64,000 nucleotides of DNA. Origin: Rebecca billardiae RCC1528 (lineage: Eukaryota; Protista; Haptophyta). Under the pieces are notes generated by a model. The model worked only from the letters and a program-made list of their open reading frames with translations, was not told the DNA's origin and made no database searches. Every line of letters begins with the position of its first letter. Positions within the stretch are counted from its first letter, which is position 1. Positions 47,933-57,796 of the stretch are shown here, in pieces. The stretch lies in contig OZ251225.1 of assembly GCA_965240325.2 (NCBI GenBank), positions 1,612,001 through 1,676,000 of the forward strand, in the 5' to 3' direction. A program made the translations under genes and the position numbers.

Positions 47933-49805
47933 ATGACAAACGACGAGTACGATAACATGGTGTACCAGCTTCCGAGCCACCCGTCCCCGCTCGACTACGC
48001 GCTCCTTTACCCTCGCGCGATCGCGTCCTTCTTCCGGCGCGTGCACCGCGCGTTCGGATGGCAGTACGTGTGCTTCGTCGTCCTTGTCTACGGGCTGAAC
48101 CAAGGTCTGGGCGAGTCGTTTGGCTTCTTTGGCACCCAGTATCTCCTCACGGACGAGGCTCCGGCGGGTCTGGGGCTCGGCCCCGAGCGCTTCGCTGCCA
48201 TCGAAGGCTTTGCACACATGCCGTGGCAGATGAAGGCTGTGTATGGGATCCTCTCTGACCTGCTGCCGATCGGCGGGCTGCATCGGTCGCCGTACGTCAC
48301 GATTGCGTCGATTGTCGGCTCTGCCGCGTTTGGCCTGCTCGCCACACTGCGGGGCAAGGCGCTCTTCGCGCAGCTCGCCGCGGTGCTGCTGATGCTCGGC
48401 AACTTCTCCATGGCGAGCCCTGACGTGATGATCGACGCGTCGATGGCTGAGAGGACCGTGACCAATCCGCGACATGGCTCGGACCTGCAGGCGCTTGCAT
48501 GGGGCATGCTCTCCATCTTCTCGCTCGTCGGCTCGGCGGTCAAGGGCTCCGTCCTCTCCGCGTTCGGCACGCGCACGCTGTTTGCCGCATGCGTCGTCTC
48601 GTCTGCTGCCATGCTGCCGCCAGCGTTGCTCGGCTGGATGGGCGAGCGGCGCGACACCGAGGCCGCCAAGTGCTGCTGCGCGCCAACGACCGTGGCAAAA
48701 GTGCGCGAGGCGTTCGCCGACCGCGGGCGCGCCCCCGTGCTCCGTCTTTCCCTCGTCGTGTGCGCACTGTCCTTTGCGCTGGGCGGCACCTCGATTGCGA
48801 CAAACTCGGCTGCCGTCATCTGTGCGGTCGCCGTGACCGTCGTTGCGCTGGTGACGGCGTTCGTGTACATCGAGGAGCGCAAGGTGTCGAGCGTGCTTGC
48901 AAAGGCATCGGTGTACATCTTCCTCTCCGGCGCGCTCCAGCCGTCCACACCGGCCATGTTCTACTGGTGCGAGCAGCGCGCAGCGCGCCCACCGCGCGAC
49001 TGTGCGCCGCCTGCGGCTCACGACCGTGTGCGCGCCCGCGCCTGGCGCGAGCAGGTACAAGGAGACCGAGTCGAACTGCTCGCCAGCGGGGGAGGCTGAG
49101 TGGCGAGTTGGGGCGAACCAAGATGCGCACACTGGGCTCAGCTCTCTTTGGCACGCCCTCTTCGGCGACGCGCACAACGCCGACTCACGGCCATGCTTCG
49201 AGCCCGAATTCGTTGGGCTGATGAGCGTGGTGGGCTACGCGTCATTTGCCGTCGGCACGGCCGCGTACAATCGCTACTTCTCGGCGTGGTCGTACCGCCG
49301 CATCTGGCAGTTCACCCAGATCATCTTCGTCGTGCTCAACCTCTCGGACTACGTGTGGGTCTCGCGCTGGAACCTCGCGCTCGGCATTCCAGACCGGGTG
49401 TTTGTGATGGGCGAGGAAGTGCTGAGCCCGATGTTTGCTCGGCTCGCGGCCATGCCAATGTTCATCCTGGCTGCGCGACTGTGTCCGGAGGGGATCGAGG
49501 CAACGCTCTTCGCTCTGACAATGGGGCTGAGCAATTTTGGGAGCAAGATGGGCTCGTACGTTGGCATCGGTCTGCTCTCCGCCCTTGGTGGCGTGGACGC
49601 GCCGCACTTCACCAACCTGCGCCTCCTCGTGGTCGTGCGCTCGCTAACTCGCGCGCTGCCGATCGCGCTCATTCCGTTCCTGGTACCCGTCGGCAGCCCC
49701 AACGACCCCACGCCTCCGACGGATCCGAACGATGCGAGCGAGCACGCAGCGGCGTCTGACTCGCCGATCTCGCCGTCAAAGCCAGTCGGCGAGATGCGGG
49801 CTTAA
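47933..49805 (+). CDS. Folate-biopterin transporter (BT1 family, MFS); intron 48967-49054 (alternative start 47861)
   Basis: VYGLNQG; PWQMKAVYGILSDLLPIGGLHRSPY; DVMIDA; LGIPD; RLCPEGIEATLFALTMGLSNFG. Confidence 0.93.
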
Positions 49806-50011
49806 CTCAGGTAGGCTACTACAAGCGTACTTATCAGTACAATATATGATACTGCGGTCAATTATGTCAAAGTCAATCGGCCTGAGTCCGCCGACGTGAC
49901 TCATATTAGTCAGGCCTGCGGTCGGCCATGCGGACATGACGTAGGAGTGGCACCGGGGACAGATTCAAACAGGTAGCTCACCAGGTCCACGCAGCAATCA
50001 CCATCGTAGAG

Positions 50012-50293
50012 TCACAACCCCGGGACCCCCGGGACTGGCGCCTCGGGCTCCCCAGAAGTGGTCCGCTGCTCGGTGATCGCAATCGCCCGTTGAATCTGCG
50101 TGTGCTCAAGCTGCGCGAGCTCCTGCGCGTCCTGTTCGATTCTCGCGAGGATGGCGTCCAGGTCATACTGGTCTGTCGCACCAAGCATGCTCGACGGCGG
50201 CGCCTCGAGCTCGCGAAGCTGATCTTGCAACGTTTTTCGGCGCTCAGCGAGCTTGGCTGTAGCTTCGCTCGCGCCTGTAGCGGCCATCGCCAT
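50012..50293 (-). CDS. Small hypothetical coiled-coil protein (93 aa)
   Basis: ATG-initiated helical E/Q/L/A-rich ORF, head-to-head with LYAR. Confidence 0.5.
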   Translation of the reverse strand: MAMAATGASEATAKLAERRKTLQDQLRELEAPPSSMLGATDQYDLDAILARIEQDAQELAQLEHTQIQRAIAITEQRTTSGEPEAPVPGVPGL

Positions 50294-50387
50294 CGATCGT
50301 CGCGCGTTTGATGAGGTGCGGCAACGCGCCCCTCACCTGCTGCCTGCGCCGGTCTGTTTGTGGCGGTGTCTTTGTGCAGTGTTGGAT

Positions 50388-50562
50388 GGCGTCAACCACC
50401 CGTCCCAGAAAGCCCGTGAGCCCGTCTTCGGCTCAGCGGGCTCAAAACATTCCATGGAATGTTTTGAGCTCAGTGATTATGAAATGGGCTGGTAACGAAT
50501 AGCTGCGGGTATTTTCAAATACCAGGAGCCTTGATGTAGGGGGCTGGGACGGGTGGCACGCC
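50388..50562. mobile_element. MITE-like or structured element bounded by inverted repeats, with internal palindromes
   Basis: ggcgt..ccacccgtcccag / ctgggacgggtgg.acgcc; internal perfect 30-bp palindrome at 50440-50469. Confidence 0.45.
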
Positions 50563-50769
50563 TTAACCAAGTGTGCACGTTAAAACATAGTAAACTGTAT
50601 ACAATTAATTTGCGTGCGGGGCGTCACCGCACGCGTTCGTGAGCGACTCCCGGACCGCGCTGCACTCAGTGCTGCAAAAATCCGGTGCCTGCAACCCGAG
50701 GTCCGAGGTCGCTCGTCTCGGCCCGCAGTGGCGTCTTGCACGTCCACGTGGTCCAAGCGCGCGCAGCTG

Positions 50770-51594
50770 ATGGTCTTCTTCGTGTGCGAGGCCTGCAACG
50801 AGAGCCTGAAAAAGAACAAGGTCGAGTCGCACAGCTATTCCTGCCGTAGTTGCTGGATCCTCACCTGCGTGGACTGCAACAAGCAGTTCACCGGGGAGAC
50901 ATACGCCGCGCACGTGTCGTGTGTCTCGGAAGCACAGCGCTACGAGGGGAAGCTGTACGACGGGCGAGCGAACAAGGGCGAGGTCAAGCAGGCTGCGTGG
51001 ATCGATGGGGTGCGCGCGCGGGCTGCAGACCCGTCCGTGGATCCTAAGCTACGTCCGCATATCGAACGCCTGCTCGCGCACACAAACATCCCAAGGAAGC
51101 GCGCCAAGTTCGAGAACTTCGCCAAAAATTCTCTGCGCCTGCACGACGCGAAGGTGCTCGGCGCGCTGTGGAACATCTTTGAGGGCGCAGCTCCGCAGCA
51201 GGCCGCCCAGCCGCATGCGGCTGAGAATGCTAACCCTGGTGGCAGCGCGCTGGCAGCTGGGGCGAGCGGTGCTGCGCCCGATGCGCATGCAGACGAGGAG
51301 GTGCCAGCGCCGAGGGGAGAGAACTTGGAAAAGACAAAGAAGAAGTCGAAGCGCGAGAAGAAGGAGAAGAAGGAGCGGCAAGACAAGGGCGAGAGAGACT
51401 CCAAAAAGCTGAAAGGCGAGAAGAAGTCGAAGAAGCGGGACAGAGAAGCGCTCACGGATGCGGCCGCGCTGCCTGCCGCTGCGGCGAACGGTGCTGGCGA
51501 CAGCTCCGCCGACGCAAACGTGCAGCTCAAGAAGCGGCGAAAGGAGCCAAAAGCCGAGAAGGTGAAGAAGGACAAGCCGAGAAAGACTTCGTGA
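50770..51594 (+). CDS. LYAR: LYAR cell growth-regulating nucleolar zinc-finger protein
   Basis: MVFFVCEACNESLKKNKVESH..C..TCVDC..F..Y..HVSCVSEAQRY; NIPRKRAKFENF; K-rich tail. Confidence 0.93.
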   Translation: MVFFVCEACNESLKKNKVESHSYSCRSCWILTCVDCNKQFTGETYAAHVSCVSEAQRYEGKLYDGRANKGEVKQAAWIDGVRARAADPSVDPKLRPHIERLLAHTNIPRKRAKFENFAKNSLRLHDAKVLGALWNIFEGAAPQQAAQPHAAENANPGGSALAAGASGAAPDAHADEEVPAPRGENLEKTKKKSKREKKEKKERQDKGERDSKKLKGEKKSKKRDREALTDAAALPAAAANGAGDSSADANVQLKKRRKEPKAEKVKKDKPRKTS

Positions 51595-51935
51595 TCCGAT
51601 ATGTGCGCCGCGGGCTGCACGCTCGTTGCCCGCTGATTCGATTGGCCCGCGCGAGCTTGAGCTGCGAGTGCTCGGCATGACCTGCAGTCCTGCGGCGCTG
51701 CTCAGACTGCGGCCTGACAGCTGACTGCGGGCGGCTCGGGTCCGTGGGACCGGGGTCCGGGCAGCTTTGTGACATACAGCAGTATTGGAATATAGACCAT
51801 GCGTTAATGTTACTTACTGATTTCAGTGCGCCTATAGACGGCTCGATCATTGCTCAGTCCCAATGATCATCCTACATCAATCGCCACTCGATGACACTGA
51901 ATCTGATGCATTCGTTTCTGAAATGGGCAGCCGGC

Positions 51936-52493
51936 TCATGCGGCCAGCCACATCACTGGCCGAATCTCCGGGGAGAGCTCACGGCGACGCATTCGCTCGC
52001 AGCTGGGAGGCAGCCAGTCGCAGAGCGGAAGGGACCAATCGTCCTCCCATGATCGACCCTTCCGCGCTGACGAGGCCGTCGAAGCCGAGGCCGTTCCCGC
52101 CTCCAGCCGCGACTGGTCCTTGTCGCGCATGTGTTGCCTCACCACAACAGCACGTGAAATGGCACCGGGCAAGGGCCCAAAGTCTGCGAGCAGGATGGGT
52201 CGCGAGGGCATGCGAGGTTCAGCAGGTGCGCGCATCAGGGCAGGAAACGGCGGCGGCAGGCACGGGCGCGGACCTTCTGCCGCGGCGAGAGTTCGGCTAC
52301 AAAGCTTGCGCCAAATAGTCGGCGAGTTGGTGAGATCTCGGAGAGAACGGGACACGCGCGCGAGGCGGGCAAGGTCGTGAGCGTCAAGCTCCTCGAGAAG
52401 CGCAACCGCCACGTCGTGCGGCATCTCGTCGAACAGGCTCGCGCAGCGCGCCGGCTTGAGGACGTGACGCCCGGGCGTCCGAGCCGCTGACAT
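51936..52493 (-). CDS. F-box domain protein
   Basis: LFDEMPHDVAVALLEELDAHDLARLARVSRSLRDLTNSPTIWRKL. Confidence 0.75.
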   Translation of the reverse strand: MSAARTPGRHVLKPARCASLFDEMPHDVAVALLEELDAHDLARLARVSRSLRDLTNSPTIWRKLCSRTLAAAEGPRPCLPPPFPALMRAPAEPRMPSRPILLADFGPLPGAISRAVVVRQHMRDKDQSRLEAGTASASTASSARKGRSWEDDWSLPLCDWLPPSCERMRRRELSPEIRPVMWLAA

Positions 52494-52644
52494 CGTCGTC
52501 GTCACCTGCCGCTGACCTAATCAAACTGCTGGCGGGCGTGAAAGCGCATCACGGAGACGAAACGCTCGTCGCAGCGGTTGGAGTTTAATTTTTCGGCCTC
52601 GTAGGAACAGTCAAAAATAAGGCGCAAGAATCCCTGAAGAATCC

Positions 52645-53625
52645 ATGGCGTCCGCGCGAGCAAGCGGCCGTAGGAGCGATGTGGTGGTGGTGATTACGCT
52701 GCTTCTATTGCGCGCGGTGCCCTGGGTGACGTGTGAGGTGCTACTCCTCACCGCCGACTCACGCGAGCACGTGCTTGATGCGATTCGCTGCAACCGGGAC
52801 ACGTACGCGGCGTCACACGGGTATCGGTCAGTGCTGTACCGTATCGCGGACGCTGAACTCAGCCACAACAAGCAGGTGTTGCGCACAGGGCGTGCAGTGA
52901 AGCCACGCGTGATCTTGGATCATATGAAGGCGAGCCCCTCACCGGAGTGGATCTTCTGGCTGGACTCTGATGCGCGCATCGCGAGGCCCGATGTGCGCCT
53001 CGAGGAGTTCATCCGCGCGGCCGGCGAGGGCGTCGACATCATTCTGCCGCGTGAGCACAGCGACCGCTGCGTCTTCTCGGCGTTCGCGCTGCTCATCCGA
53101 AACACGCGCAAGATGCAGCAAATGGTGCAGCTGTGGGCGGGCATGCCTCCCGGCTGCTGGTGGGACCAGTGCAACCTGTGGAAGGCCATTGTTGCCGCCA
53201 ACACCAACAGCACATACCTCGCACGGGCCGAGTCCAGCGCACAGGCCGAGGCCGCCAAGACGAAGAGACCCGCGCAGTTCTGGATCCAGTGGTTCGATCG
53301 GACGCTCAGGGCCGAGGGCGTGAAATGCGACACGGGGGGCAGGCCCACGTGGTGGCACTCACCACATGTGAGCGCGTACTTCACCGCAAATATGCCCGAC
53401 CATTCCGACTTTGGGCTGTCGTTCCAGTGCCGCGGCACAAACAGGGAGTCCAAGTCGGCAGGCGAGCGCATCGGCTTTAGTGTGCACGCGGACAAGAAGG
53501 CAGCAATGCGCTTCAATGCGGCTGCGCAGGGGAGTGCGAGAAGTGTCCAGGCTGACAGCGGCCCAGAAGGACAACGCGTCTGCTCGCGTGACGAGATCGC
53601 GATCCGCGACCTCGGGTGCGCGTAA
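52645..53625 (+). CDS. Glycosyltransferase, GT34 (GMA12/MNN10)-like
   Basis: N-terminal hydrophobic anchor; YAASHGY; KPRVI; EWIFWLDSDA (DxD); LLIRNT; WWDQ. Confidence 0.8.
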   Translation: MASARASGRRSDVVVVITLLLLRAVPWVTCEVLLLTADSREHVLDAIRCNRDTYAASHGYRSVLYRIADAELSHNKQVLRTGRAVKPRVILDHMKASPSPEWIFWLDSDARIARPDVRLEEFIRAAGEGVDIILPREHSDRCVFSAFALLIRNTRKMQQMVQLWAGMPPGCWWDQCNLWKAIVAANTNSTYLARAESSAQAEAAKTKRPAQFWIQWFDRTLRAEGVKCDTGGRPTWWHSPHVSAYFTANMPDHSDFGLSFQCRGTNRESKSAGERIGFSVHADKKAAMRFNAAAQGSARSVQADSGPEGQRVCSRDEIAIRDLGCA

Positions 53626-54061
53626 TAATTCATCAGTGGCGTCTTTGCTGTTACCACCGCTTAGCGTTAGCAGCGCAATCAGCCACGCTGCTGTCGCATT
53701 ATAAATTAGTACTAATTGAGTGCTCAGAGCACTCAGACACCACTGCTCTTATAATACTATTACTTCACCACGCGCCGCCCTTGCCATGCCTTTCCGGGGT
53801 CTCCCAGAACTCTTCTTGATTGAGAGAGAGCAGGCGCGCCGACGATCCGAGTCCATCGTCGGTCGACTCTGAGCGAGGGCTACGCCTCGGAACTGAACGG
53901 TACTCTACGAGGAGGACGAGCTGCGCGGGCGACGGTGGTGCGTGACGTCCCCAGAGCTGGCCGTGCCTCTGCAACGCGTGCCGAGCCTGATCGAGGTGTG
54001 TCAGCTGCCCGTGCACGCGCGGCGAGTGCGCGAACCGGATCACCGGTGCCCTCGCACCTCG

Positions 54062-54354
54062 GCACCGTGCTCCCTCGGGCTGTCAGCTCCGCGTGGCCTG
54101 GCGTGCACGTAGAGTTGCGCTCATGCGTCGATCACGCCTCGCGCCCGCCTGTCGGCCGTCGCGCAGGCGCTGGTCGAACCCTACTCGGACCAGTGCATCA
54201 TCCCGGGCGCTGCCGGCGCGGGGGGTGACCCCGGGGACAGCGGTCAGCAGCAGCGGCCCGAACGAATCCGCGGCCCCGCACCGTGCTCCCTGGCTGTCAG
54301 CTCCGCGTGGCCTGGTGTGCACGTGGAGTCGCGCTCATGCGTCGATCACGCCTC
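54062..54354. repeat. ~80-bp direct repeat, 2 copies (54062-54141, 54278-54354)
   Basis: gcaccgtgctccct..ggctgtcagctccgcgtggcctgg.gtgcacgt.gagt.gcgctcatgcgtcgatcacgcctcg occurs twice. Confidence 0.9.
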
Positions 54355-55476
54355 GTTGCATCCGCCTGTACACAATCGGCGCCGCGCCGGCGGCTGCAAT
54401 GGGCCCGCCCGGCGCGGCGGGCGGCGGCGCGCCGCTGGAGTCTAGTTGTACGGGCATATGCAACTGGTCTGTCAATAGACGACTGCGACGGAGGGTGCAC
54501 CGCCACCGCGGGCCCTGAACTACGTTCGTTCTACGGAAAAGGACCGCGGAACGCGGTCATACTATTTTGAATTTATGATTATGTAAATAAATATATAACT
54601 AAATAATAAACGACGATACAGTTTATATAATTGTAGCGCTACTAAGCCGCGGTATTGCTAGACGCTAGCAGTGACGGTCAGTAGTCAGTGCGTGTAGTAT
54701 AACCCGGTCTCCGCTGAGTGATGACTTGCAGTTGACTCTCACGGTGAGTGATGCTGCTAATAACTTTGAAAATTTGCCTGCAGTCAACAGCATGCCGCCC
54801 ATATTGCCATAGGCGTAGTACAATGGTAATATATATGATACGTTATTGACAGTATTTATGTACTACGCCCTTATTTTGATGGCTTTTCTGCTGCCGTTTG
54901 GCGTTTAAGAACTCACAAGTCCCGGACACGGTGACGGGCCGACTCGGACGCTCGCGCCTCGGTCAAGTCAGACACTAGTGACAAGTGTCCGTCTGTGTCA
55001 CAGTCGGCTGGGCTAGTGGCGCGTACCAGCAGAGTGGCTCGGCTGCTGGCAGTTGCGGCAGTTGTTGATCACTTGATTAAGGACGACGAGTAGTTACTGT
55101 GGGAGCAAGGGAGAGAGAAAGCACAGCGGGGGCTCCGCGGGACCATCAGGCATCAGGTGTACCGTCCCGCGGCTCGGGAAGCGAGTGTCCTGAATGATGT
55201 CAGAACGAGCCGGCAAACGTGTTCGCTTTGGACGCTTTCTCATTGACCAGATTGCGCAGATTCATCATCAAGAGCCGAGATTTTGGGGCATTGTACGATC
55301 TCGCATGAGTATTGAATTGTAGAGCCATCTAAAGTATGATATGGCGGCCACGAAAAGCGGTCATCCTCCGGCGACACGTCGTCTCGATGAGAGCAAATTT
55401 AGGATTGGCGCGCGGCTTCGATCGCGAAAGCATAACGCGTGGGCTCGCTCGCGGTTCGCCCGTCGCCTGGTTTGCC

Positions 55477-56220
55477 ATGCCGAAGGAGCAGGTGTGGCCG
55501 GCCGTGGAGGAGCTGTCCTGGTTCACAGTCCACCAGTCGATTCGAAAGGACCTCGATGAGATGAAGGCCGCCCTCACGCGGATGTCGCGCGCGAAGCAGC
55601 TTGAGGCGTGGGAGATCCCGACGCTGAAAAAGTGGTGGCACGCGTTCGCGGACTTCGTCCACGGCCACCATGGCATCGAAGATGCCTATTTTTTCCCGGC
55701 GTTCTCCAAGCGGTTTGAGCTGCCGTCCGCACTCGGCCCTGCTCACGAGACTGTCGATTGGCACATGCTCGTCATCGGCACTGCCATTGACGCGTGTACG
55801 GAGCAGGCCGGCATCCCCTTCATCCTCGAGGCCTTCGTCAAGTTTGACAAGTTCTTCCGCCCGCACCTGCGGGAGGAGGAGCGCGCCGTGCTGCCGAACG
55901 TCCAGAAGAAGTTCACCTACGCGGAGTGGCAGAAGATCGAGCACAGCTTCCAGTCGAAGCTGCAGTGGTATGATCCCGGTCACATGTGGCGCACGTTTGG
56001 GGACGACATGGCGCGCAAGCGCCAGCACGGCATCCAGATTCTCGGGATCCCGCCGGTCGTATTCGACAACGTCATCAAGAAGCGCGTCGAGCGCTTTACG
56101 GTCGAACACGACTACCTTCTCCTCGAGCTCGTCGACCCATCGCTCAAGCCCAAGCACGATGAGCACCGCAAGCGGTTCATGAAGGGCGCCGGCAAGGCTG
56201 GGCCCTGTGTGGTGATGTGA
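55477..56220 (+). CDS. Hemerythrin-like (HHE cation-binding) domain protein with C-terminal CaaX
   Basis: H(QSIRKDL)..HHGIED..FFP..H(ETVD)..HLREEE..LP ligand pattern; ends CVVM-stop. Confidence 0.85.
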   Translation: MPKEQVWPAVEELSWFTVHQSIRKDLDEMKAALTRMSRAKQLEAWEIPTLKKWWHAFADFVHGHHGIEDAYFFPAFSKRFELPSALGPAHETVDWHMLVIGTAIDACTEQAGIPFILEAFVKFDKFFRPHLREEERAVLPNVQKKFTYAEWQKIEHSFQSKLQWYDPGHMWRTFGDDMARKRQHGIQILGIPPVVFDNVIKKRVERFTVEHDYLLLELVDPSLKPKHDEHRKRFMKGAGKAGPCVVM

Positions 56221-57796
56221 GTCGACGGACAGTCATTGGCGACTAGTTTCATCTCTGCTCCGGCTTTGGTCCCCCCCATAAGCACCGCCGTATCTTGGCC
56301 CCCAACTGAGAACTCCAGGCGGAGTGGCGGACCGCGTGCGCGGTGGAGACTGTCCCTGTCTTACGACACTACTTGGACCGGGCCGCGGAGCCCGGGCGGC
56401 GGAGCCCGGGCTGGGCGGCCGGGCCGGGACCCACTGGGACCCGACTCGGCGACTCGGGGCACTGGCTGACTCTGCATGAGGCGACCGTTGGCGACTGCTA
56501 CTGAGTAATGACGAGTAGACGAACTAGCTGGCCGCCGATTATATATCGGAGCGGCCGTCTTCAATTCGTAGAGGCGGGAGAGTGGGGAGAGTGGCAGAGC
56601 CCCACTGGCGGGGGGTGCGTGGCCCAAAATCCAACTTCCTGTCGTCTTGAGATGAGGCTCTCAAACTTCGGGATGTCAATATTCGCCTGAAATGAGCTGG
56701 GGTCACGCTGACAAGTTTTGCGAAAAAAATTCACATACTGGAGATATACGACCTCAATCTCGACGCGATCTCGGCAACATTAGTAGGGGAGATACACGAT
56801 CTCCAAGGTGATCTCGCTATTTGCACCAGAATCGCACTACCGTCTAGATCACATTTTGGCAGTCTGAAATTGGCACAGGCGGATTCTACACCCTGGAATT
56901 AAGCCTTAACGCCTACTAACTAGTTCGTCCAAGTAGTGTGATCGTTCATGCTAAGAGATTTCGGGAGATTGTGGCACCCGAGAGTGTAACGGTCGGAGCT
57001 CTGACCCCACTATTCAACTCTATAGGACGAATAATATATATATGGTATATATATGTACCACCATTATAATATATTAATATTTCATCTGACGAATGCGCGC
57101 GCGCAATGATATCGATTGAGACCGACGCAGTCGGGCTGTCGGCAGTGACAGCGTCAGACGTCAGCACTGCTCATGCTGTTCTACTAAGAGTGCGCGCAGC
57201 AGAATTTGAGTCTGAGAATAGTGATCCGGCCGCCGCCATCAACTCTCTGAGTGAACTCTGTCGTCAGTAACAGTCTCAGTGCTGCTGACGATGAGTGATG
57301 AGGCCCGTAGGCGCGTAGTACCGGGCCGTAGTTAGTACTTAGTGCCGATCGGACTGTGTCTGTGAGTGTCAGTGTGACTCACGGTCTCGTCAGAGTCTCT
57401 GCGGCTGCCCGGAGTCGGCTGACACTGACCGTACGGGCGTCACAGAGTCAGACTCTCTCGGATGCATTATGAGCACACGGATCGGATCGATCTAGCTTAT
57501 GAGAAATGAGACGATGATCGAGCGAGGCGAGGCGATGCTTGAGCAGCATGCCGTGCATGGCCCGATGGGGGAGTTGGGGGACGACGGCGGGCGCTTTGTG
57601 ATGGCCGTCGTCAAGCCGCCGGCTGCAAACTCGTGTGCAAGCGCCCACGCCGGACCTGCGATTGCCCAGCGACGTATTCGTCATTCGCGTTCCGATCTGA
57701 CTGAGGGCTGAGGCGTCGCGCACTGCCACTGCCGCACTGGCAGCACAGTGGCACAGGAGGCGGCGGTCGTGTAGCGTGTTGCGGCTGGCGGCCCAC

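Noticed and set aside
50479-50520. SECIS-like ATGA..AA motif
   Set aside because: No matching GA quartet partner, not in a 3' UTR, and no in-frame UGA gene nearby
14578-51594. Functional cluster of ribosome-biogenesis genes (UTP11, ESF2, LYAR)
   Set aside because: Dispersed among unrelated genes; compatible with chance in a housekeeping-rich region
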